Below the pieces are notes generated by a model. It did not search any database, had not been told where the DNA came from, and saw only the letters and a list, made by a program, of their open reading frames with translations. From positions 6,510,001-6,574,000 of the forward strand of contig OX638159.1 in assembly GCA_951804945.1 (NCBI GenBank): a stretch of DNA of 64,000 nucleotides, given 5' to 3'. The translations under genes and the position numbers were made by a program. Source of the DNA: Podarcis cretensis. Lineage: Eukaryota. This document shows positions 49,850-62,143 of the stretch, piece after piece; the first letter of the stretch is position 1, and each line of letters starts with the position of its first letter.

Positions 49850-50300
49850 CATGGGTAGGCAAACTAAGGCCTGTGGGACGGATCAGGCCCAATTGCCTTC
49901 TGGATCCAGCCTGCGGACGGTCCAGAAATCGCTGTGTGGATCGCCAGCATGCACGTTCATTCCCTCTCCCTCACACGGTGGCGGCGCCTCCTCCCTCCCT
50001 CCTCCTGGCTTCTCCCCGCCCTGCCTAGAGGAGGAAGGAGGCTGGGCTTTGTTGGTGTCAGCAGCAGCAGCACTCGAGCGGCTGCCATTTTAAGCAGCCC
50101 CTCTCCGGAGCCCTTTCGTGCGCTGCTCATCATCCCGCTGCCGCTGCCGGCCCCTAGCGCTCGCAAGTCACAGGTAAGCAACCACCAGGGCTTGTGGTGC
50201 TCTTGCATCACCCCCCCCCCTCCCAAAATATAGTCCGGCCTCCCACAAGGTTTGAGGAACAGTGGACCAGTCCCCTGCTGAAAAAGTTTGCTGACCCCTG
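49850..50300. mobile_element. hAT-type MITE, long form of the 2921 family
   Basis: Same termini CATGGGTAGGCAAACTAAGG / AAGTTTGCTGACCCCTG; TSD TACTAGAC / GACTAGAC; GC-rich interior. Confidence 0.88.
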
Positions 50301-51449
50301 GACTAGACAGATCCATGTTGGAGTCTTTATAGTTGTAGATGCCACTATAGCTGCATAGAGCATATTCCCAGCTTACACATTACACTGCACATGAGTGTAT
50401 GCAAATGAAGGAAAGGGATATGGACCAGTAGACAAACTATGGATATACTTTTAATATCAAGAAAGGGACTATTTTAGGTGGGCAAATGATAAAATATAGA
50501 TCCATGACTAGTTGTTATTATTTATGGTTTGAGCATTCCGATTTGTTTTCACTGAGGTTATACATTGTCATGTCAAGCAATTGTCACCACATACATCCAT
50601 GTTCCCATCACATTTTCTTATTGTAAAAAAGTCTGATTTGGGCAGAGCAATCAGCTTTAACTGAGAGTGATCTGTTGCATGGCACCGTTTTAACTGAAGA
50701 TGTCTGGCATTGAAACTGAGGACACCCATGTGCAAAGTACATGCTCTGCCCCAAAGCTGTGGTCCAATAAAAGTCTGGCCATTTATTGAGCCATGGGAGT
50801 GCGCTGTGTCTAGGTTAAGCCGGAAGGACCATTCCTTAAATGCTCTAACAGATTAGAGTTGTCAATTGAATTGAAGCTGGGGTGTGGGTCTGTATTCATT
50901 GACATCAGGACTAGGAGCGCTGGCAAGATGGAAGAAGAGAGGCAGGCGGGGACCCTAAACATAGTTGCAGCAAGACCACATGTCAGGAGGCTAGATCCAA
51001 TGGTAGTTACTGGAATTCTTTAGTTCTGTGCATGTATTTTGCACCAGGTCCACTTGGTGAATCCCAGGGTTCTGGTAAAAAAGAAGAGAAAAGAAAAAAT
51101 AGCTATCACATGCCTGGAATCGGTCTACCCTATATGTTGCTGCCTCAAAACTTTTATGGATTTCCCAACTTCCCAAGATAGTTATGAGACAGCGGCTTTC
51201 CATCTGTGGATCCAAGATCCTTCCCCTATTGAGTACCAGTTACCAACATTCAACATATAAAAACAGGAGCTTTCACAGATAAGAGAGAGTCACAATATTG
51301 TTTCTTTAAACAAATAATAAATTATAGGGTTTTGTTTATGATACAAGATGGGAGGAGAGAGATCATTAGCTATTAACTATCCCCTGTTTTACTAATTTCT
51401 AGTCATCATTTTAGATGCTACAATTGTGGCTATTATCATTCCCCATCCA

Positions 51450-51589
51450 NNNNNNNNNNNNNNNNNNNNNNNNNNNNNNNNNNNNNNNNNNNNNNNNNNN
51501 NNNNNNNNNNNNNNNNNNNNNNNNNNNNNNNNNNNNNNNNNNNNNNNNNNNNNNNNNNNNNNNNNNNNNNNNNNNNNNNNNNNNNNNNN
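51450..51589. other. Assembly gap
   Basis: Run of N. Confidence 1.
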
Positions 51590-51857
51590 CTTGTAGCAGC
51601 AAGCCAGATGGGAAACACAGATAAAAAGAATCCAGTTTCATAAGATTCTCTACTCTAAAATTACAGTAGCATTCAAATTAACCTGAGATGGGGAAACATA
51701 TTTTCAATACCCTGGAAAGAAGACTTTTTCCCTGAATGTAATAAACTAGGATTAGAAGTATGCTAAACGTTTGTTATTAACCCCCAAAACACATATGCAT
51801 GTGGTACACTTGACACATTCCACCTTCTATTTTACCCTCATACCAGTCCTATGAATG

Positions 51858-51945
51858 AGACTAGATTGACAGTGAATGGGCCAAAGTCACACAGCAGGGA
51901 TAGACTAGATTGACAGTGAATGGGCCAAAGTCACACAGCAGGGAT
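51858..51945. repeat. Perfect 44-bp tandem duplication
   Basis: AGACTAGATTGACAGTGAATGGGCCAAAGTCACACAGCAGGGAT x2. Confidence 0.9.
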
Positions 51946-52267
51946 TAGAACCTGGGATTAGAACCTCATTCGTAGTGATCCTAAGAAGGGGTAGCTGATG
52001 TGTGGCCCTCACCATGTTGCTGGACTACAATTCCCATCAACCAGCATGGTCAGTGATCAGGAATGATGGCAGTTGGAACCGAGGAACATCTGGAGCCTCA
52101 AACATTAGCCAATCCTGATTTAGAAAGTTTGATAATATTACTGACACTGAATAACCGGATACTGAATTGAGCTGAGCTCAAAGGGCTGGTTTTGAGCCTG
52201 CATAGCTCAAACCTCCCATTTCTACAAGAACCACCTTTTCCTACATGAATTTCCCCACACCCTGATA

Positions 52268-52498
52268 GCTTGGTGTAGTGGTTAAGAGCGGTGGACTCGG
52301 AATCTGGTGAACCGGGTTCGCTTCCCCGCTCCACCACATGAAGCTGCTGAGTGACCTTGGGTTAGTCACACTTCTCTAAAGTCTCTCAGCCTCACTCACC
52401 TTACAGAGTGTTTGTTGTGGGGGAGGAAGGGAAAGTGATAAAGCGGGATATCAAATCCAAAATACTCCTCCTCCTCCTCCTCCTCCTCCTCTTCTTCT
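52268..52498 (+). mobile_element. Squam3-like SINE, internally deleted, with (CTC)n tail
   Basis: TGGTGTAGTGGTTAAGAGC...GGGTTCG head and CORE segment. Confidence 0.8.
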
Positions 52499-54335
52499 AT
52501 CCTCTGAGATATGTTTGGATGATGGCAACAAGACAGCAGGCCTTTTCTGGGGAATGTTCTTCAAGGAAGCTTGCCAGCTGCCACCACCACCTTTTTAGCA
52601 CCAGGCAAAGCTGTATTTATTTTGTCAGGTATATGGGCATTGATAATGATCTGGCAATCAGTGGTTACTTTTTGGTGTTTGAGGTGGACATCTTGGTTTA
52701 AAGCTATTGTGTATAAGAGTACTTGGTTTAAAGCTACTGTGTATAAGAGTACTTTTAGTATATTTTCATTGTTTTTCTGGTTACACTGCCTTAGATTGTA
52801 TTTTAGGCCACAATCCTAGCCTCACTTACCTGGGAGTAAACCCTAATGGAACCCATAAGACTTATTTCTGAGCAGATGTGCCAATGGTACTATGTGCCAA
52901 TAGTATTATGTGCCAATAGTATTTTGATTCTCTTTTTGTAAGTTGCTTCAGGACTTCCTTTGCTTGTGGGAAGTGTTGAATAAATTTAATAAACTAAATT
53001 AAATCATATGGCTGGATGGCATAATTTGAATTGCATCATGTTGCTGGAGGGCATGAACTGGTCCTTGCAATACAATACCCATGCTGCCACTGGCTTCACT
53101 TGTAGAAAATGGGAGAATGGCAATGGTGTTCTTTCTACTAAGACGAGTGGGGATGTTAGCATTGAAAAGTTTCATTTCCTGGAATCTCATGTATCTCCAG
53201 GGAGCATGGCATCTATTCAGAATAAGGACCAGTATGGTGGTTTGTACAGATTTTTTTTGAGTGTTGAATCCTGTTAACAAATATCTGGGTCAATTAAATC
53301 ATAATGAGAATATAGCAAACTGCAGGGGGGTGAATTTTGAATTGGTGGGTGGTATAGGAATGTAAAAAACATAGTAGTGGGAATGCAACTTATTTCAGAA
53401 AGCCTCTGTAATCCAGATTTATTTTTGAAGCTGACAATAGCCTCCATGTATGTGTCTATTTCCACCACTCTGCCAATGACAACCATCCAGCTCTGAGATA
53501 GCAGCTAAGTTGGAAGTACAGTAACCACAGGACAGGATAGGATACCATATTTGTATTGCCTAAATAACATGTCTGTTGAGGACATGGCAATTAACAGCTG
53601 CAATTTCCAGGCATTTCTGAGCTTGACAGAACATGGAAAGCCCTTAGCACAACATTTTTCAAAAAAATAATTTACTATAACACTTGCTTGACATGGGTCC
53701 CATGGCTGAGCTCCTCATAAATTTTCTCCTTCAGTCATCAACCCTGCAAGATAAGCTCCTGTTATTTCTCCCATATTACAGAAGGCAGGCTGACGCTAAG
53801 AGATAGAATTTTCCAAAAGCCACCCAGTGAGTTTCATGGCCAAAGGCCAACCTAGATGTGATGTTAAATGTGTCTTTGCATTAACATGCGGTATTTCTTT
53901 TTAACACAAATAAGAGATGCAGGGAGCAGGGAGGCTTCTGATAATTATCAGGACTGCAGCAGGTGCAAAGGGAGAGTTTAACCCTTTCATCCCCTACTGT
54001 AGTTTTGACGCAAATCACTCCTCCCTGGCTCATCAGTACTGTACTCTGCTTTGTACAGGTTTGTAACTGAAATAACTTTCTGTGGTTACCTATGTTGCAC
54101 ATAACGTTGAATTAAAATAATAACAACAGAAAAATACCAAAAAAGGAGCTCTTTGCAATGGAAAGAAAGCAACTTTGGCCCTAAGTGGAGATATGACCTA
54201 GGAGATTTCCTTTCCACTTTTATTCATTCATGTGAACCAATCAACATACATCTATTAGCAGAGGTCAACAGAGTTTTGCTTCCAGTCTTATTATTCATAT
54301 ATCCAAACAGGGCTCAGAATCTTTGAGAGATAAAC

Positions 54336-54674
54336 CAGACCCTCCAACTGTCCCTGTTTTCCAGGTCCCTGATTTAGAGAACCTTTCCTGGTTTCTGATC
54401 TGATCCTGGAATGTCCCACTTTTCCTTAGGAGGTCCCTATTTTCATGGAAGAAATGTTGGAGGGTATGGAGTTATCAGACCCCCGAGCCATCTGAAGGCA
54501 ATCCTGTATAGAGATTTTTAAAAGGTGTTTAATGTTTTGTTATGTTTTTATAAATGTTGGAAGCTGCCCATAGTGGCTGGGGCAACCTAGTAAGATGTGT
54601 GGGGCATAAATAGTAAAATTATCATTATGGAATGGGACGTCCCTATTTTCATTGGAGAAATGTTGGATGGTATA
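54336..54674. mobile_element. Composite MITE with two right ends enclosing an L2 3' tail
   Basis: Left TIR CAGACCCTCCAAC; right-end copies ending GTTGGAGGGTATG (~54468) and GTTGGATGGTATA (54674); duplication GATAAAC at both outer ends. Confidence 0.7.
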
Positions 54675-57600
54675 GATAAACTATTGCATGGTTATCATGG
54701 AATTCAGGCCTTTATGTATTGCCTTGGCATTTCTCTATTGATGCACGGAAAGTAATTAGGAGATTTTCTCCTAGTAAGGTAACAGCATAACAGTTTAATA
54801 CATTTAATAGTATTCATTGTTAGGGAAGTGAGCCAAACGTTGAGTAGTAGCAAAACGTCCATCATTATGACAAACAGAAACATGTAGTCAGTGTATGCGC
54901 AGAATGCATATGCACTGAATGGTTGATGGAGAATGGATCACTCTGTGTCAAGAAGGTAGACAGCTGAAGCAGGAGATCCACTGCATAAGCACATATGTTC
55001 TCCTTTTGATGATTTTTCAGAAAAGGAGGCAACCCAGAATGAGGGAAATGCTTTCTGCTCTCACTCTGAATGGCTTTTGTGACCTCATAATGTAGTCAAA
55101 TCCCTATACTGCTAATGGTGTTTATCCATCAGAATTAGGTCACAAAGCATTGTCCTCCCTCTAGATTGGCTTTGTAGTATTGGCTTCTTGGCATCATGAT
55201 GTTCATACATATTCTCTGACGACCTGTATTCACCTTAGCATGGAATATTTTATCCCCTCAAGCCCCACCTTATAGTTGAACAGGAATGAATAGCAGTCAC
55301 ACACATATTAAAGGAACACAGAGGCAGGGTACAAAAACTTATCCCTGTCATCCCCAGTGATTAATAGTCAAGCCTGCTCTTGCTGCATGGCCTAATCCTA
55401 GGATCTGCATCTTATGCAAGAGTGTGATGGAAAGTTGAGTGGGAGGTAATGTCAGGAGCTGGCTTTTATCTTAAATATATATTTGCAAATTGGGAGCCCA
55501 TGGGGATTCGCAGCAAGAGACACACTTTTGATAAATCTTTCCTGCATAATGTAGTTACATGAGATGGTTGAGTTTTGAGGCTAGATAGTTGGTTCCTGCA
55601 CACCTAACTCTGAATAGTAGCACTTATAACATGAGTCCAAAACCTAGATAGTACATTCGTATGGTGGGAGATGGAGGTGGGAATACAGGTCAGAGGATGT
55701 ATTCCTCGTGGTAGAGAGGCGCTTCAAATGACCATCATTTCATACTTGATTTTCAGTTATTTGAAGCTGCCAGAGTTCTGGCCCACTGCAGCTTTCAAAA
55801 GGCCAAAGAGGGGTGATTAAATTAGCACCAGATGAAGCATTGTTCCACCTATTCCAATTAAAAGTAAATTCCTTCCCAAAAGATTTCCTTACTTCAGAGT
55901 ATCAGAGACCTTAAAGGCTTATATCATCTTGAACTGGAGGGGATATGATCAAGGGTTCCATACTTCCATTAACCCTAATTACACTGCCAGGATACAATAA
56001 GATGACTGTATGGAAGGGCAGAGCATCCTCTTTCCAAACCATATTATAAAACTGTTCCATCCTGTTTCTCCATTAATCTCTCGCTGTGTGTTTGTATCCA
56101 TATGAAAATTTGTATTCAAACAGATGTTTCATTCACACTTAATTTCATATTTTATCACGGTATATATATTGTACAGTATACATATATATTGTACATATTT
56201 GTATTTTCTTAATGTACTTTATCCCAAAATACACATTTTTCAATGCATGTATTGAAGGAGGGAAAATTAAGGTCAGTTCTCATAAAAAATATGGACCAAA
56301 CAAAACCCTCCTCGACCTCTAGTTGTTAAAGAGTTTGATCAAGCCAAAACTCCTGCCCAGCTGCCTCCAACAATCTTTACCTCCTGGAGTGCAATGACCC
56401 TTCTCAGCCCTTATCTGGCCTTTTCTTATTTTTTTTTTTTAAACTTTTTGCATACCTGGGATTGCATCCAGTGAATGTGCAAGCAGAAGGCAGCTTGCAA
56501 AACCAACCTTTCCCTTCCTGTTCACCCTCTTGCTTCCCTCTGTATCCTCCACAAAAGTCTCTCTGGAGGGTTGCTACCCTTCCAGAAGATCCTTCTGTCC
56601 TATTTCAGGGGATTCCTTCCTTGCTCTGCATTGTTCAGGATGGAGGACCAACATGACCCCCTGGAAAGGCTTCTGAGGGTGTGTCCTGCGGAGCGAGAAG
56701 AGTGGGGGAAGATTGGCTGGGCAAGCTGACTCTCACTTCTGCAACTGCTGGATACAATCGTATTTTTGCAACCCTTCGGTACAACAAGCAGAAGACTAAC
56801 AAGAGACCCCTTGACGCAGAGATCACCTTGACCTGAACCTCCTGTTTTAATTGCTCTTCTCTTTTAATGTGATTCTGTTATGTTATAGTTCAATTATGAA
56901 CACTTGTAATTTAAAGTTTAAATGGGGTTGTTGTATATCATATCGTAATTATAGTGCATTTTTAATTAGTATGCATTTTAATAATGTTGTGCAATTGAGA
57001 GTTTTAAAATATATATATATTGTAAACCACTTAGTCATCCTCTAGGCATTAAGTGGTGTGTATATATAATAATCAATAATAAAAATTATTGCATAGCTCT
57101 TTTTTGCCATCCTGCTGGAAGGTACAGGGTGACCAAGTTGGCTATTAGGGATCATAACTTAGAACCCAACATATAATATGAATGCCCACTCCATCCTGCA
57201 CTTTGTAAAAGGATGGGACATATTTCTTCATCAATAATTTATTTCAGTACACTCCGAAAAGTACTTACAGCTCTATTGTGCAGTGTTACCCTGTTGATAT
57301 ACTCCTCCTCCAGGCAAGGGCCTCACATCTTTGTAAGTTGCAGAGTGGCTGTCAAACAAATTACAGCAAAGTGGTTCTTATCAGGCTCTTGGTGGATTTT
57401 AACAGGCATGCAACACCATCTGACCCATCTGATTTCCTTTGAATTTAAAAACGGAGCTTATTCTTCTCGTGCCAAATGTAAATAATTTCGCTTCCATTTC
57501 CTATCCAGAGAATCTGACTAGTTCAAAAGCATTTCAACAAATCTTATCTGCCTCATATCCTGCTGACTGGCACAGTTCTGGACTTCAGCCTGAAAGCCAA

Positions 57601-58639
57601 AAATGTTTTGGCTCCAAGACGCAATAGGAAAGAAACAACAAAGAAAACTGGGAAAGTCTTAGTGACTTATAATGGAAGTGCTGAAAACTGTAGGGATTAT
57701 TATGTTTATTTGGTTTTTCATTGAAGTATTGTGGGCTGCCATTTTCTATTAATTTTTCCCCAGGAAATCTTTTTGGAGGATTGCATAACAAAACTTTGCA
57801 TTTATTTCATCAGCAGCATAGTTCGTTCTTCTAAAAGTGTGTATATATTGGCCTCTATTCGATTCTTCGTTCCTCCTTAATGAAGTGGTTTTCCAAGTTT
57901 TCTGCCCAGAGGGAAAACTTTCCACCCTGACACATCTGCCTGTTGGAGCTCACTGCTGTCTTGTGTTAGCTGAAAGTGGGATCTAGAACTCATCCAACAT
58001 TTGGAAGGAAAGATCAGTGACAGACATTCAAGGAGCCTTGTTCTCAGCTGTTGATCTTCTCTTTAAGGAACCCTTAATAAGCTTCTAAAAGTTGCCTAGA
58101 ACATAATTTGAAAACACTGCCTCAATGCCAGAAGCTTTATGGGCTGCAGAAGAATGTAGTTATTCTCCATAAGAGATGAAAGCCAGGGGAAAGTCAAGGA
58201 TTTAGTATTCTCAAGCAGCTAAATGATCCAGCAGGAACAGTGCCGAGTTCATAAAATGTAGCACATTCTGGCTGTTATTGCTGGCCGGGAAGCTAATATG
58301 CTCATGTATAGCAAACAATGGCACAAAACAATAAGTGTCTTTGATAGTACATTGATTCTTAAAGCAATACCTATGAATCATTGTATGAAGTCTGTGGAGG
58401 ATATCCTGAATTTTAAAGAGTGCAAGCTTTATGGAAGGAAGGAAAGGAAAACAAAATACCATAATTTGGAGAAGAAAAGCAGTCACTTACGGGTCACATC
58501 CACACAATACATTTAAAGCACATGGCTTGTCCCAGAGACTCCAGGGAACTGTAGTTTAGCCCACACAGAGCTATAATTCTCAGCACCCTTAACAAACTGC
58601 AGTTCCCAAGATTCTTTGGAGAAAGCCATATGTTTTCAT

Positions 58640-58999
58640 AAAGGTAAAGGACCCCTGACAGTTAAGTCCAGTCGCGAACGACTCTGGGGTTGTGGTGCTC
58701 AAGTTGCTCTATAGGCTGAGGGAGCTGGTGTTTGTCCGCAGACAGCTTCCGGGTCACATGGCCAGCAGGACTAATCCGCTTCTGGCGAACCAGAGCAGCG
58801 CACGGAAACGCCGTTTACGTTCCCACCGGAGCGGTACCTATTTATCTACTTGAACTTTGACATGCTTTCGCACTGCTAGGTGGGCAGGAGCTGGGACAGA
58901 GCAACGGGAGCTCACCCCGTCACAGGGATTCAAACCTCCGACCTTCTGATTGGCAAGCTCTAGGCTCTGTGGTTTAGACCACAGCACCACCCATGTCCC
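58640..58999 (-). mobile_element. Sauria SINE
   Basis: Reverse complement of a full-length element. Confidence 0.92.
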
Positions 59000-59510
59000 T
59001 AACCCAACCAAACCCACCCTAATTCAGTGGTGAGTTTGCCATCCTAATCTGTAAACCTTCTTTCACCATGGCTTGGGCACTCTGATTATATTTATTAATA
59101 TATAAATAAACTATACCCCACCTGAAAGATCCTAGGGAATATGGACAAGAAACGTAAGAACAATATACAGTACACAGAAGCTAAAGGCATATGTGCGCTT
59201 AAAAAAACTTGGCAGTAAATCATTAAGACAGAAGTAGAGACATTGGTGGTGAGGAGTATACCTCCTATTTGCCAAGTCACAAGAGCCTGGGTAAAGAAAA
59301 ATGATTTCTTTGTTGAAACCAAAGAATGCAAGACACACACACACCTCCAAGGAGCAATGATTTTGTGTGCCCCCTCATCCAATTCCTAGTGGGGACCATG
59401 AGGACAGCCTGCCTCCCACCAATTTTAAGGAACCCACTGGTATTACAGGAGGAAATCCTGAAAATATCTGGGCCCTGGGCTATTTAGGGCTTTATAAGCC
59501 ATTGCTAGCA

Positions 59511-59904
59511 GGGACGCAGGTAGTGCTGTGGTCTAAACCACTGAGCCTCTTGGGCTTGCCGATTGGTTGACAGTTCAAATCCCTGTGATGGAGTGAGCTC
59601 CCGTTACTCAGTCCCAGCTCCTGCCAACCTAGCAATTCAAAAACACGCCAAAAAAGTGCAAGTAGATAAATAGGTACCACTCCGGCGGGAAGGTAAATGG
59701 CGTTTCCGTGCGCTGCTCTAGTTTCGGTGTTCCATAGAGCCAGAAGCAGCTTAGTCATGCTGGCCACGACCCAGAAAAACTGTCTGCCGACAAACGCCGG
59801 CTCCCTCGACCTGTAAAGCAAGATGAGCGCAGCAACCCCAGAGTCGTCTGTGACTGCACTTAACTCTCAGGGGTTCTTTACCTTTACCTTTACCTTTACC
59901 TTTT
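59511..59904 (+). mobile_element. Sauria SINE (older subfamily)
   Basis: TSD TAAGCCATTGCTA at 59495-59507 and 59905-59917. Confidence 0.93.
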
Positions 59905-59928
59905 TAAGCCATTGCTAAGAAACATCTT

Positions 59929-60134
59929 GGGACGCAGGTGGCGCTGTGGGTTAAAGCCTCAGCGCCTAGGGCTTGCCGATCGAAAGGTCGGCAGTTCGCA
60001 TCCCTGCGGCGGGGTGCGCTCCCGCTGCTCGGTCCCAGCGCCTGCCAACCTAGCAGTTCGAAAGCACCTCCGGGTGCAAGTAGATAAATAGGGACCGCTT
60101 ACCAGCGGGAAGGTAAACGGCGTTTCCGTGTGCG

Positions 60135-60165
<31 letters not shown>

Positions 60166-60312
60166 CCAGAGCAGCGATGTCACGCTGGCCACGTGACCCG
60201 GAAGTGTCTCCGGACAGCGCTGGCCCCTGGCCTCTTAAGTGAGATGGGCGCACAACCCCAGAGTCTGTCAAGACTGGCCCGTACGGGCAGGGGTACCTTT
60301 ACCTTTACCTTT
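59929..60312 (+). mobile_element. Young Sauria SINE with internal (GGCTCT)5 expansion
   Basis: TSD TAAGAAACATCTT at 59916-59928 and 60313-60325. Confidence 0.95.
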
Positions 60313-61248
60313 TAAGAAACATCTTGAATTAAGTCTGGTAGTGCCCAGAAAGCCTGTCAAGAATATTCAAGGTAAGTACTACACAATCCCGTTTTGCTTC
60401 TGGTAGCCCCATTTTATGCTAGCTGCTGCTTCTAGACCATTATCGAGGGTAGTCCCACACAGAGCACATTACAAAAATCAACCATGGGTTACTGATAGCA
60501 GGCTATCCAAGCCTAGGAATAGCTGTAGCTAGAAATAGGCAATTGTTGACACCAAAGCCACCTGGGGCTCTAGTGTAAACTGTGAGTCAATTAGTATGTA
60601 CCTGTTCTGTTGGGGAAGTGCTACCTCATCCAAAACAGCCCACCTTCCCAGTTCCCAGAAAAGCCCATCCGCTGCAAAAGTGGTGTTCCTTCTATATCCG
60701 AAATATGACTGAATGAAAAACGCATGCACAACATTTCCCCAGCATTCATAAAACTCTTGAATACAAGCTCATTCCCCACAGATAAGTCTAACATATATGA
60801 CTATGGGTTATCTATGACCTTCAAATAAATATATATATATATACTTGTGGCTGTTCTCCAAGAGCAATTCCTCCAATCCATGCCCTTCCTGGCATGCTGA
60901 CTGCTGTTGTTTTTAGAGAGTCACAGAATTATTTCATTTTGTTTCAACAAACGTTCCCTATTATGCCTTTTCTAAATAAGCAGCTTCCTGTTACAGCCCT
61001 ACAGCGCAGCATGCTTCCGACTATTTTGAAGAGCCTCAAAAGGAAAGGAAATATGTAAGGCTCTGAAGCAAGTCCCCTGTATTGCGGAATAGATTTGAAC
61101 AGGAGGACAAATACCACGACTTTCAACAGTTATGCTCTGCAATGCTCATGATAGCAAACTGAGCAACTTAGCTTTATAACTCCTCTAGTCATAAGACAAA
61201 AGTGCATGTGATTATTCAGGAATGGTCTAATAAACATTATTGTTTGTA

Positions 61249-61330
61249 TTGCTGTATTGTTTTTAACACTTGATTGGAAGCCGCCCAGAGTGGCTGGGGA
61301 AACTCAGCCAGATGGGTGGGGTATAAATAA

Positions 61331-61385
<55 letters not shown>

Positions 61386-61420
61386 TACTACTACTACTAC
61401 TATTATTATTATTATTATTA
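61249..61420 (+). mobile_element. L2 3' UTR and tail only
   Basis: GGAAGCCGCCCAGAGTGGCTGGGG followed by (TAT)n(TAC)n. Confidence 0.8.
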
Positions 61421-61730
61421 GATTTTGAGTGCATAGTTTCACAGATACACAAGGGAGGCATGAATGTTACCACCCTGGGCTTCTTTGGGAGAAAGGGCAG
61501 AATATGAATTCAGTAAATAATAATCTATAATACTATGGGAATTCTGGTTTCTAAAGACAGGTAACCATTTTCTGTGCATGCTCCCTTAAAAATACAACCC
61601 TCTCCAGGCATTCTTAATTTGTATGTTTGGAGTGATGGAGGCTACCTGTGCTCCTGACCTTTCAGTGTTGAGTGAGGAAGTCTAAAGGACTATACATGTT
61701 TGACTGAATGTGCTTACTATGCTTTCTGGC

Positions 61731-62143
61731 ATAGTACGTTTCCGAGCACAATTCAAAGTGCTGGTGCTGACCTTTAAAGCCCTAAATGGCCTCGGCCCAG
61801 TATACCTGAAGGAGCGTCTCCTCCCCCATCATTCTGCCCGGACGCTGAGGTCCAGCGCCGAGGGCCTTCTGGCGGTTCCCTCATTGCGAGAAGCAAAGCT
61901 ACAGGGAACCAGGCAGAGGGCCTTCTCGGTAGTGGCGCCCGCCCTGTGGAACGCCCTTCCAGCAGATGTCAAAGCGATAAATAACTACCTGACATTCAGA
62001 AGACATCTTAAGGCAGCCCTGTTCAGGGAAGTTTTTAATCTGTGATATTTTAGTGTATTTTTGGTTTTTATGGAAGCCGCCCAGAGTGGCTGGGGAAACC
62101 CAGCCAGATGGGCGGGGTACAAATAATAAATTATTATTATTAT
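61731..62143 (+). mobile_element. L2 LINE 3' end (young)
   Basis: Open frame VRFRAQFKVLVLTFKALNGLGPVYLKERL...RAFSVVAPALWNALP...FRRHLKAALF; (TTA)n tail. Confidence 0.92.

Noticed and set aside
59959-60315. PEPEPE / ARARAR / WLWLWL ORFs
   Set aside because: They are translations of a hexamer expansion inside a SINE.
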